From Pseudomonadaceae bacterium (GTDB taxonomy: Bacteria > Pseudomonadota > Gammaproteobacteria > Pseudomonadales > Azotimanducaceae): DNA of 64,000 nucleotides. The stretch is taken from assembly GCA_024743175.1 (NCBI GenBank), contig JANSXA010000001.1, positions 521,656-585,655 of the forward strand. Direction: 5' to 3'. This document shows positions 27,689-36,024 of the stretch, one piece after another. Every line of letters begins with the position of its first letter. Within the stretch, counting starts at the first letter, position 1. Made by a program: the position numbers and the translations under genes. The notes beneath the pieces were generated by a model. That model saw only the letters and a list, made by a program, of their open reading frames with translations. It was not told where the DNA came from and searched no databases.

Positions 27689-30343
27689 TTATTCTGTACT
27701 TGTCTGGTTTATCCACTCCGGGTTGATCTCAAAACGGGGTGTTTTCTTCCCGCGCTTCGAAATTACAGAAGATTCCCGAATAATCCCGAAAGAATTCAGC
27801 GTCCGAAATATGGAATAAATGTCCTTATCCGTGTGCCCGGTATGTTTACCGAACACCTTCATAACGCTCGTCACGTCGCTCAACGTAAAGTAGCCTAGCT
27901 CTTCGTATCTTTTGCTCCTACCACAGCGTTTCAGCACCTCTGCTAGCTTCTTAGCGTCCTGAACCTGCACGACACGCAAGTCCAGCAGTGCCGACATGTG
28001 CTGCTGATACCGCTCCGCCATACGTATGCATGTCTCTACAGCACGCAGCGACACGGGCCTTGTTTGAAGCCACTCCCGCCCCTCGGAATCTGTTTTACGC
28101 TCAAGCTTGGATAACCCGGCAAGCTCGTCTGCGCCTTGGTTCAGCAGCGCGTGTACACCGCACAGCATGAGCACGTGTCGCCCGTTCTTAGCGTGTATGC
28201 CGCGCTGCACAGGGTCGAGTTCCCGATCCCTGGCTATGCGTTGCTGATCCCAGTTGTACCGCGCGAAGCGCCTGTCTGCTTCGTCGTCGAACGTCACGAC
28301 AAGGTCTCCGTCTAACTGCCGACACTGAAAGAGTACGGCGCGAAGAGCCTTATTCCACGCGCCCTCTGTTTCCTCAAGCCTTTTTTGCCAAAGCCGCTCT
28401 TCTTGATAGACCGCGTCGAAGTCGGTCTCGTCGATGTGTTGATTGTGCGTAAATCCGTCTGGGACGACGATATTCAAGAAACGGAAAATCCACCCATTCT
28501 CTAGGTCAGCACCTTCAATGGTCTTGCTGATACTTTCCGGGGTTGATACACCACCAACCGGGCAATACCCGCGGTCTGCGTTCATGTGAATAATGTCGTT
28601 CGGGTCGATGCCTGCACGAATCTTGCTGTAAGGGTCGTTTGACCATGCAGAAAGGTAGTATTCGGCGTCTGCACCTTTGCCATTTGCGCGATACTGCCCG
28701 AACTGCTTAACGAAGCTGGACATTTCGTCAGACATGTAGCCCATGCCGTTAGGGTTTTGCGATAGTTGCTTGATGCGAGCCTCAATGGTGGCGTCTTTGT
28801 CGTAGACGACTTCTCGTATAGGTCGCGGTCCGCGCTCTTCGGCCTCTTCGCCGCCCATCTGCCCAGCCTCCTCCCACTCACGCAGCCTCTTCTCGTGGGT
28901 GCGTTGTCGCTCCCTTTGGAACTCTACTATAGGCTTGGTCACGCGCCCCCATGAGCCGGTTTTCTGGAAGCCTGGGGGCATGATTATCTGCACCCACGGG
29001 CTCGGTGTTTGCTCAAAGTCGTGTAGTGCCTTGACGGTCGTGCGTGCGCCAGCGGCGAGACCGACGGCGAATATCATCATCGAGCAGACCGCTTCCACGG
29101 GCTGATTAGATAGATGCGCTATCGCTTCGCAGTACCGGTACTGATCAACCGACAGGAATTCCTTTGCTGGGAATGTCAGCGCCTCGACTTGCTCTTCGTC
29201 GTCAATGGTCAACGGATTGAAGGGCTCCGGGGGCTCCTGTCTGTGGGTATCGTCGGGACGTTCCCAGCCTTGTTCTTCAGCATGCTTGAATATTGAGTCA
29301 ACGCGGTAGCAAGGTCCGTTTTGCTGCTCGTAAAGGATCGTGCCTTCAACGCTTCGTGCGTCGTGCCATATCTCCTTGATCTTTTCGGTGCCGTCATACT
29401 TGCGCGCTTTGGTCTTGTGCAGACCACCAGCAGACCACTTGTCGGCCAGGTCAAACAGGGCTTGGGCGTGCTCTTCATGCTCACACGCATGTCGTGACAG
29501 CGCCATGATTGCCTTGCCCCAGGAGAACGGTGCCTTTGTGTCCCAGTAGGGTGCGTCTGGGTCACAGTGGGATAGCGCGGCGGTCAGTTCATCCATTGCA
29601 AGGGGCATGGGTTGCCATTCGTCACGTATGTACTCAGGCACGCGGGTGTGGTCGGTCTTGCCGTTGAACTTTGGTAGTTCTGTCGGCTTGGGCACGTGTG
29701 TAGACAGCGGCTCTGAGTGCGGCCAGTCAACCGCACCGAACTCGACAAGTTCATAGTCAGCGTCCAGCAAACCGCCTTCACCACCCCCGGGCACGGCGAC
29801 CGGCTGCGAGCATACGGGGTTTGGGAATATCTCTAACTCTTGATCGGCGACACCTTTCTGCCCTTCTTTAAAGTCTATTTCTTCGCATATGCCGCGCAAT
29901 GCCTTGCGGACGTGACCAAAGTACGTCGGCTGCTCCCATCTGGCATACAAGTGAATGCCTTTGCCGCCCTTCGACTTGAACGCAATGAGATGCACGCCAT
30001 GCTGCTTTGCAGTCGCGGTGATTTTTTTCGCTGCGTCTACCATTTGCGCCCAGGTTGTTGCGCCGTCGTGATCATCAAGATCGAACTGCGCAATCTGCAC
30101 CATCGGTTGCCAGTTTTCGGGTCTCTCCGCCCGGGGTTTCATGCGTATGATTTCGTCGCACAGGTAGAACGACACGGGTTTGCCTTTGCTCACCAGTTCG
30201 GTGAACAACCTGCTCTTAAGTAAGCCGGACTCGCAGGACTGCTTGCCGGGCTTGCCTTTGTTTTTGGTGCGGTGCAGGAACGTCGTGTCGGTGCCTACGT
30301 AGGGGTGAATGTACTGACTGAAAAAGTTGAGTCTGGGTGTCAT
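27689..30343 (-). CDS. Primase-helicase fusion (AEP-like primase + PriCT-2-like + DUF3987/YfjI-like ATPase)
   Basis: FDLDDHD and KSKGGKGIHLY primase motifs; L..ALSHCDPD..Y...W...IMAL; PPGFQKT P-loop; MSDEMSSF; NGWIFRF. Confidence 0.8.
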   Translation of the reverse strand: MTPRLNFFSQYIHPYVGTDTTFLHRTKNKGKPGKQSCESGLLKSRLFTELVSKGKPVSFYLCDEIIRMKPRAERPENWQPMVQIAQFDLDDHDGATTWAQMVDAAKKITATAKQHGVHLIAFKSKGGKGIHLYARWEQPTYFGHVRKALRGICEEIDFKEGQKGVADQELEIFPNPVCSQPVAVPGGGEGGLLDADYELVEFGAVDWPHSEPLSTHVPKPTELPKFNGKTDHTRVPEYIRDEWQPMPLAMDELTAALSHCDPDAPYWDTKAPFSWGKAIMALSRHACEHEEHAQALFDLADKWSAGGLHKTKARKYDGTEKIKEIWHDARSVEGTILYEQQNGPCYRVDSIFKHAEEQGWERPDDTHRQEPPEPFNPLTIDDEEQVEALTFPAKEFLSVDQYRYCEAIAHLSNQPVEAVCSMMIFAVGLAAGARTTVKALHDFEQTPSPWVQIIMPPGFQKTGSWGRVTKPIVEFQRERQRTHEKRLREWEEAGQMGGEEAEERGPRPIREVVYDKDATIEARIKQLSQNPNGMGYMSDEMSSFVKQFGQYRANGKGADAEYYLSAWSNDPYSKIRAGIDPNDIIHMNADRGYCPVGGVSTPESISKTIEGADLENGWIFRFLNIVVPDGFTHNQHIDETDFDAVYQEERLWQKRLEETEGAWNKALRAVLFQCRQLDGDLVVTFDDEADRRFARYNWDQQRIARDRELDPVQRGIHAKNGRHVLMLCGVHALLNQGADELAGLSKLERKTDSEGREWLQTRPVSLRAVETCIRMAERYQQHMSALLDLRVVQVQDAKKLAEVLKRCGRSKRYEELGYFTLSDVTSVMKVFGKHTGHTDKDIYSIFRTLNSFGIIRESSVISKRGKKTPRFEINPEWINQTSTE

Positions 30344-30464
30344 TTTTTGTCTGCCTTTTATCTTAAAGGCAGACCTCGGGGGCGGGGCGGTGAAGAGGGG
30401 AACACCTAGCCGGGCACTACTCGCCCGGCTTACTTTCTGTGCGCCTTCGGCCTGCGGGAAGGGG

Positions 30465-31478
30465 TTACTTGTTACTTATGTGATGCGGGTTGCTCTTGAT
30501 CGACTGCTCGCATAGGCGTTCGATGTGTTGCTGTCGCCTGTCCATGCAGTCGCTCGGTATCAGGTAGGCCAGACGTGACAGCCATTCCTCCTGCGTCAGC
30601 GGCTCCAACACAATCGCACGTCGCTCGAACGCCTCGCGGCGCACCGTCTCGTAATCGTAGAACTGCGCACGCATCTCGGCTTCGAATGTGAGCCACCGGT
30701 CGGCTCGCTCTAAGTGGTTGAGCGTGTCTATATCCTCGCCCTTGTTCCACAAATTTCCAGCGCAATTAGTGCCGAACACAAGCGGCTCTTCGTAACGCGA
30801 GCCCGGCACTGTGATCTCGAACCAGTAGCCCGGTATTGAATCCAGTTGGCTAATTTTTGAGACGTGCCCGGTTCGATTCTCGGGGTTATGGTCTACCAAT
30901 TCGTCAGCAAGTGGATTGATTGGTTTGTGCCGGTCTACCAACACATCCTCGGCAATGCCACGGGCGAAAAAATTTAGCTCGTGATTGATTCGGTCGAGAA
31001 TGAGTTGCTCGGGGTCGTCACTCGTAGGTCCGCGCTCTTTGCCTGGGTTTTCCATCCGCCGCAAGTGCTGCTTGAGTCGCAGCCCGAGTGCGTCGAGCTT
31101 GGCTTCCCACTCGGGCTGCGTCATGTCATCCAAAACGACGCCGCTTGCTTCGAAGAACTTTTGCTTCACGTGCGCGTAGTCGAGCATCTTGCCGCACGCT
31201 TGGTCCCAGTCGCGCAGCAGTTCGTTGAACTTGGCGTCGAAAGGCCCGTGTTCAGAGTTACGCAAGTCATCGACTAGCTGGTCTTCGTTGTAGTCGTGTT
31301 CGGGGTCGTTGGCTATGCATGCACGCATATGCCCCGCCACTTTGAGCGCGTAGTCTCTGTCTTCGTGGATAAGCGCAACTTCGTCGACGGCGAAACTCAC
31401 TTGGTCGCCGTTATCGGTAATCAAGTGAAAGCCGATCTCTGTGTCGTATCTGTTCATTGTAGTTATAGCGTTAGTCAT
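30465..31478 (-). CDS. Hypothetical protein with an internal two-fold repeat
   Basis: DYAHVKQKFFEASGVVLDDMTQPEWEAKL vs DYETVRREAFERRAIVLEPLTQEEWLSRL. Confidence 0.75.
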   Translation of the reverse strand: MTNAITTMNRYDTEIGFHLITDNGDQVSFAVDEVALIHEDRDYALKVAGHMRACIANDPEHDYNEDQLVDDLRNSEHGPFDAKFNELLRDWDQACGKMLDYAHVKQKFFEASGVVLDDMTQPEWEAKLDALGLRLKQHLRRMENPGKERGPTSDDPEQLILDRINHELNFFARGIAEDVLVDRHKPINPLADELVDHNPENRTGHVSKISQLDSIPGYWFEITVPGSRYEEPLVFGTNCAGNLWNKGEDIDTLNHLERADRWLTFEAEMRAQFYDYETVRREAFERRAIVLEPLTQEEWLSRLAYLIPSDCMDRRQQHIERLCEQSIKSNPHHISNK

Positions 31479-31785
31479 CTTGTTTTCCTTCTTTTCTATT
31501 AGGTAATTCTTTCACCCACCCAGGCACGCCGGGTAACGGTGATCCTGCGAGCTTTGCTTCGCGCCGTTCTGAATTGGTCATCTCTTTGATCCACTGCCTT
31601 GCTGTGTAGCCATTTCCATGCAGCCACGTCAGCGCCTCGTCTAAGTGAAAATTCCGCAGCAATGGCAGCGTTGCCCTGCTTAGTGCGTTCGGCCAGACCT
31701 TCATGTCTGGATCATTGAGCGATTGCTCGAACTCACCCGGCTGTGCAGGTTTGAAAATCTCGTCGAATTTATCTTTGTCAATCAT
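31471..31785 (-). CDS. Hypothetical protein
   Basis: 104-aa ORF with 8-nt overlaps to both neighbours. Confidence 0.65.
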   Translation of the reverse strand: MIDKDKFDEIFKPAQPGEFEQSLNDPDMKVWPNALSRATLPLLRNFHLDEALTWLHGNGYTARQWIKEMTNSERREAKLAGSPLPGVPGWVKELPNRKEGKQDD

Positions 31786-32074
31786 TTACGTATTCCTTTT
31801 CTGCTTCTTCTAACTTTTTGATTAAGGCACGGGCTATCTCAGCCGCTACGCCGTCTACAATTTTTATGCGTTGTGCTTCAGCTTCCCGGCGCAATTGCCG
31901 CTCGCGCTTGAGCGCACCCTTCAGCTTGTCGACCTCTTTGCCGGACGACCAACCTTCCAGCACAAGCGCTTCTAGTCGCATGACATCGTCGCCGAAATGT
32001 GTTGTATAGGGCTGATAGCCTGGGGGTTCAGGGTCCAGCTTTTCGAACTCGTCTAAGGGTATTTCTGGCTTCAT
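31778..32074 (-). CDS. Hypothetical coiled-coil protein
   Basis: 98-aa ORF in a coupled chain of overlapping ORFs; LKRERQLRREAEAQR coiled coil. Confidence 0.65.
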   Translation of the reverse strand: MKPEIPLDEFEKLDPEPPGYQPYTTHFGDDVMRLEALVLEGWSSGKEVDKLKGALKRERQLRREAEAQRIKIVDGVAAEIARALIKKLEEAEKEYVND

Positions 32075-32421
32075 GCGTCACCTGCCTTAAGCCGTTCGAC
32101 TTCTTCAGCACTGAGCATGAAGTAGTCAGGCATACCCAGCGGCACGACGGACTGACGAGCGGCTTCCGTGCCGTGCTGTTCAGCGATCAAGTCGTGATAG
32201 AACCGGGTCATTAAGGGGAGGATTACGAAGCTGCGCCCGCGATCACCTCGGGTGCCGGGCACCTTCAGAATACGATCTTTGTGCAGTTCGTTGAAGTAAG
32301 TGAGACTGGTGTTTTGCTCACCAGTTAAAGGCGACTGGTTCGCCTCTTTTACGGGTGCAAGAGGCACCCAGCCGTAATACAACGTTTCCATATTGCGCGT
32401 ACCAAACAGTCTCCCGCACAC
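32071..32421 (-). CDS. Hypothetical protein, first gene of the early operon (possible excisionase/regulator; alternative ATG 32391)
   Basis: ATGA overlap with the next ORF; function inferred from position only. Confidence 0.55.
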   Translation of the reverse strand: MCGRLFGTRNMETLYYGWVPLAPVKEANQSPLTGEQNTSLTYFNELHKDRILKVPGTRGDRGRSFVILPLMTRFYHDLIAEQHGTEAARQSVVPLGMPDYFMLSAEEVERLKAGDA

Positions 32422-32654
32422 CGCTCACAGGGGATTAATTGGTCTCAGTACGTGCTTTATGCTTTCCGGGTGGAGTGTCGCAATCGGTCGGATTTTAACC
32501 GCCGTGCCGCTTGAAGCGCCAGAAAGGCTCTCGCCTAGACTTTTCTAACCTCGGCGGCGTCCGTGCGGTATCCGTTGGGGGGTCGAATCGGAATTTCTAG
32601 AATCGACGTCGGCGCCAGCCAGGCCAGGTCAATGGAAATGCCAATGACCTGGCT

Positions 32655-32683
32655 ATCCTACGACGACGAATAGCGCTTTACAA
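32655..32683 (-). promoter_or_regulatory. Putative sigma70 early promoter TTGTAA-N17-TAGGAT followed by the hairpin GCCAGGTCATTGG-N5-CCATTGACCTGGC
   Basis: Read directly; the spacer is exactly 17 nt. Confidence 0.5.
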
Positions 32684-32729
32684 GAATTTTTTCTTTTAAG
32701 AACAGAAGGATACGGCGCAAAGCTCGACA

Positions 32730-32747
32730 ACTTGACATATGTCAAGT
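32730..32747. promoter_or_regulatory. Perfect 18-bp palindrome ACTTGACATATGTCAAGT overlapping the integrase stop codon
   Basis: Self-complementary by direct check. Confidence 0.7.
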
Positions 32748-33989
32748 CTGCTCGAAGAGTTTCGCTAAATGGTTGTTATATTTCTGCAATGCGTCCGCTC
32801 GCACATCTAGGTCAGGCGGCTTGCGACTGTAGTGCGCGGTGATGCTGCCCTTTTTCTTATGGTTTAGCAGCCAGGCAATAACAAGCTCGTTGTAACCCAG
32901 TTGATCATACAGCGTTGCGCCCATCGTGTGCCGCCATCGGTGCTGGGGATTGTGTCGATAGAAGTCCGGCAACGGCTCCTTGTGGTTCAACAGCGAAAGT
33001 GAGTAACGCACGTTCCTAGGCACCTCGGAACCTTGCAGCGCCACGCGAAAAACCTTGTCACTATCGCCAGCTACGCACTTCGCATCATCCAGAATGCAGC
33101 GCATTTGCGATGTAATAGGTAGCCGGTGCACCTTGCCGTTTTTGGTGGTTGCACTCGGCAGTACAACAGTATCGGATTCGACCATCGACCAAGTTAGTTT
33201 CGATGTTTCCGTACGTCTGCACCCAGTATATGCAAGCCACAACGTGAACAACCGGTCACCTTCGGGTAAGCCCTGCGGCCACCACCTGCATAGCGCATCG
33301 CCAAGCCACTTTAGCTGCTCGTCCGTGTATGGTTTTTCGTAGGGCGACAGTTCGTCCTCGTCCTCTTTTTCTGGCGGTAATAGTCTTTTTGTAAGAATGT
33401 GCGTTGGTGGTTGGTAGGTTTTGTCGTGCGACTCAACGTACCGCAGTATCGTTCGCAGGTATCGAAACGTATCTCGCGCCTGCTTGGGCGTGCCAATCAT
33501 GCCTTTCTGACCTTTAATCTCGCCGCGTTTGATTTGATTGAAACGTCTCTCAACATCCTTTGTTGAAATCTCCCGGTACGGACGTTCAAACCAGTCGCCG
33601 AGATAACGCTTTAGTTGGTCCGGCACTTGCCCTGCGGTCGCCGCCTTCAAATCGCGTGACTGCATCCAATCAAGCATGACTTGCCGTAGCGTTTGTCCGC
33701 CTCGCTTTTGCGTCCAAGGGTCTTTGTTGTCACCGAGTTCTGACAGCCAGCGAATAGCCACCTTGCGGGCAGACTTCACGTCGGGTTGCTTGATGACCTT
33801 GCGGAAGGTCGAGCCGTTCGCACGTCTACCAGACAGCACAAACGATTTCCGTCCGCTCTCGTGTAGTTCCAACCCAAAACCTGCCGGGTCTGTGAACCAT
33901 TGGAAATTCGACAGCTCCGGGTCGTACTTGGCGGCGTCGACATTTTTCTGTGTTGGCTTTACTCGTGCGCGCGTTTTAGGTGCCTTCAT
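32742..33989 (-). CDS. int: Tyrosine integrase with N-terminal arm-DNA-binding domain (ORF extends to 34028)
   Basis: Arm domain GFGLE...SGRKSFV; catalytic residues in YTGCRRTE (R), TKNGK (K), HRWRHT (HxxR), LLNH (H) and TAHY (Y). Confidence 0.93.
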   Translation of the reverse strand: MKAPKTRARVKPTQKNVDAAKYDPELSNFQWFTDPAGFGLELHESGRKSFVLSGRRANGSTFRKVIKQPDVKSARKVAIRWLSELGDNKDPWTQKRGGQTLRQVMLDWMQSRDLKAATAGQVPDQLKRYLGDWFERPYREISTKDVERRFNQIKRGEIKGQKGMIGTPKQARDTFRYLRTILRYVESHDKTYQPPTHILTKRLLPPEKEDEDELSPYEKPYTDEQLKWLGDALCRWWPQGLPEGDRLFTLWLAYTGCRRTETSKLTWSMVESDTVVLPSATTKNGKVHRLPITSQMRCILDDAKCVAGDSDKVFRVALQGSEVPRNVRYSLSLLNHKEPLPDFYRHNPQHRWRHTMGATLYDQLGYNELVIAWLLNHKKKGSITAHYSRKPPDLDVRADALQKYNNHLAKLFEQT

Positions 33990-34087
33990 CTTGCTTATTT
34001 CGTGCTTAGAATCTAAGCAAAATAGCACATTACAGGGTATTACAACACCAGCAGAAGGCGCTATAACACGGTACTACGTCACACGAG

Positions 34088-34108
34088 TGCCAACTCGAAG
34101 AACTGGTG
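34088..34108 (+). repeat. Right att core TGCCAACTCGAAGAACTGGTG
   Basis: Identical to 17603-17623. Confidence 0.97.
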
Positions 34109-34297
34109 GTTGATCCCGCTGCGCGTGGCAAAAACGTCGGCGGTCTGCTGCTAGAAGCGACTCTCAAACTCGCGCGAGAACGAGGCTGTGCGGAATATGG
34201 CTTGTATCTCGTCGCGACTACGGAGAAAAATCTGCCGTTTTACCAGAAGTATGGCTTTGAACGTGTTGGCAGCGAGCTGCGCCAACGCCTGGTCTGA
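34088..34297 (+). pseudogene. 3' part of the interrupted GNAT acetyltransferase
   Basis: CQLEELVVDPAARGKNVG (GNAT motif A) and N...FYQKYGF (motif B); an in-frame TAA at 34064 shows no replacement 5' end. Confidence 0.9.
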
Positions 34298-34308
34298 AGC
34301 TTCAAAGA

Positions 34309-36012
34309 TTATAGCGCTTCGAGAAAATCGACCATGAGCTGTGGCGTAGGAATCTGGCCATAGTCGTTGACACTCAACTTGTAGACAACCCGGACCTGTT
34401 CGGTGCTTGCAGACACAGGTGCCTGGCGGAAGGCAATCGCATCTATGATTCGGGTGTCCTTCTTCAGCACCATTTTAAGGTGCTGCTCTCCAACCACGCG
34501 CTGACTCACCAGTTCAAACTCGCCACAAAATGAAGGTTCCGGAAACCCACTGCCCCAGGGGCCGGCTGCAGCCAGATGTTCAGCCATCTGCAGCGATAAC
34601 TCGTGGGCCTCGAGGGCTCCATCCGTAATCAGGCGTGCCTGCAGCATCTCAGCGTGACTGAAGTGTTGCACGGCTTTGTCGAAGATCACCGCAAAGCGCG
34701 GCAGGTGAACGCGTTTTATGCTCAGTCCCGCTGCCATGGCATGGCCACCAAACTTCAACAGTAGCCCGGGATGACTCGCAGCAACCCAATCGAGCACGTC
34801 CCGGATGTGCAGGTCGGTAATGCTGCGAGCGGACCCTTTAAGTTCATCCGGCGCCGCATCGCCGGCATCGGCGAAAGCAATCACCGGCTTATGAAATTTT
34901 TCGCGCAGACGTCCCGCGACAATGCCGACAACACCCTGATGGAACGATTCGTGATAAACCGTCAGACCCACGCGATCGCTATCCGCCTGATCCTGAGCCA
35001 GCAGCAACTCGGCATCACCTACCATGTCCTGTTCCAACTGGCGGCGGGCCTTGTTCAGCTGATCCAGCGCCGTGGCCAGACGTCGCGCTTCTGGCAGGCT
35101 GTCGGCCAACAGACATTTAATGCCGATACTCATGTCTTCCAGACGCCCGGCCGCATTCAGCCGTGGGCCCAGGGCAAACCCTAAGTCCTGTGCTGACAGC
35201 GTTGCCAGCGATCGTTTTGCTATTTCTGCCAGGGCTTTAATGCCGGGCAGACAGCGGCCTGCACGCATGCGGGCAACACCCTGATGCACCATAATTCTAT
35301 TGTTGGCATCCAGCGGCACAACATCCGCCACCGTACCCAGAGCAACCAGATCAAGGTATTGCGCCAGATTCGGCGCGGGTCGCTGATCGGTGAACCAGCC
35401 GCGGTTGCGTAAGAGCGTGCGCACAACACCCAGCACATAGTACGCCACACCAACACCCGCCATGTTGCGACTGGGGAAGTTCGCGTCCGGCAGATTTGGA
35501 TTTACAATGGCAAAAGCACGGGGCAGTTCTGCGCCTGGAAGATGGTGATCAGTGACAATCACATCAATGCCTAATTCCCGAGCGCGATCCACACCCGCCA
35601 CACTGGACACGCCATTATCGACAGTAATAATCAGATCTGGCTGGCTTGTGTGGGCGAGGTCTACAATTTCCGGCGACAGCCCGTAGCCGTATTCAAAGCG
35701 ATTGGGAACGAGAAATTCAACATGTTCAGCGCCAAAATCCTGCAGAATCTTTACACACAGGGTGACGGCAGTGGCGCCATCAGCGTCAAAATCACCAACA
35801 ATCATAATCTTCTGCTGCTGCGCAACAGCATCCGCCAGCCGCTCTGCAGCCTTCTGCACATCCGGCAATTGAGCCGGTGATGCAAGTGACTGGAGTGAAC
35901 GGTCCAGCTCCTGACTGGTTTGTACACCACGGCCGGCATAGATGCGACGTAACAGTGGTGGCTGCAGATCCGCCAGTAGCTCAGGATTGACCTGACGGGT
36001 CAGAATTTCCAT
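34309..36012 (-). CDS. recJ: ssDNA exonuclease RecJ
   Basis: GDFDADG, PNRFEYGYGL, TDHH, LGTVADVVPL, FGGHAMAAG motifs. Confidence 0.98.
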   Translation of the reverse strand: MEILTRQVNPELLADLQPPLLRRIYAGRGVQTSQELDRSLQSLASPAQLPDVQKAAERLADAVAQQQKIMIVGDFDADGATAVTLCVKILQDFGAEHVEFLVPNRFEYGYGLSPEIVDLAHTSQPDLIITVDNGVSSVAGVDRARELGIDVIVTDHHLPGAELPRAFAIVNPNLPDANFPSRNMAGVGVAYYVLGVVRTLLRNRGWFTDQRPAPNLAQYLDLVALGTVADVVPLDANNRIMVHQGVARMRAGRCLPGIKALAEIAKRSLATLSAQDLGFALGPRLNAAGRLEDMSIGIKCLLADSLPEARRLATALDQLNKARRQLEQDMVGDAELLLAQDQADSDRVGLTVYHESFHQGVVGIVAGRLREKFHKPVIAFADAGDAAPDELKGSARSITDLHIRDVLDWVAASHPGLLLKFGGHAMAAGLSIKRVHLPRFAVIFDKAVQHFSHAEMLQARLITDGALEAHELSLQMAEHLAAAGPWGSGFPEPSFCGEFELVSQRVVGEQHLKMVLKKDTRIIDAIAFRQAPVSASTEQVRVVYKLSVNDYGQIPTPQLMVDFLEAL

Positions 36013-36024
36013 TTGTTGTCTTGT

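Larger units (their letters stand above)
17603..34108 (-). mobile_element. 16.5-kb integrated phage-like element with head and neck genes but no tail or lysis genes (candidate capsid-forming satellite)
   Basis: Exact 21-bp direct repeats 16,485 bp apart, tyrosine integrase at the right end, all recognised genes on the minus strand. Confidence 0.93.

Noticed and set aside
33676-34113. Plus-strand ORF crossing the right att as a possible replacement GNAT 5' end
   Set aside because: It is out of frame with the GNAT 3' half and antisense to int; the GNAT frame has a stop at 34064.
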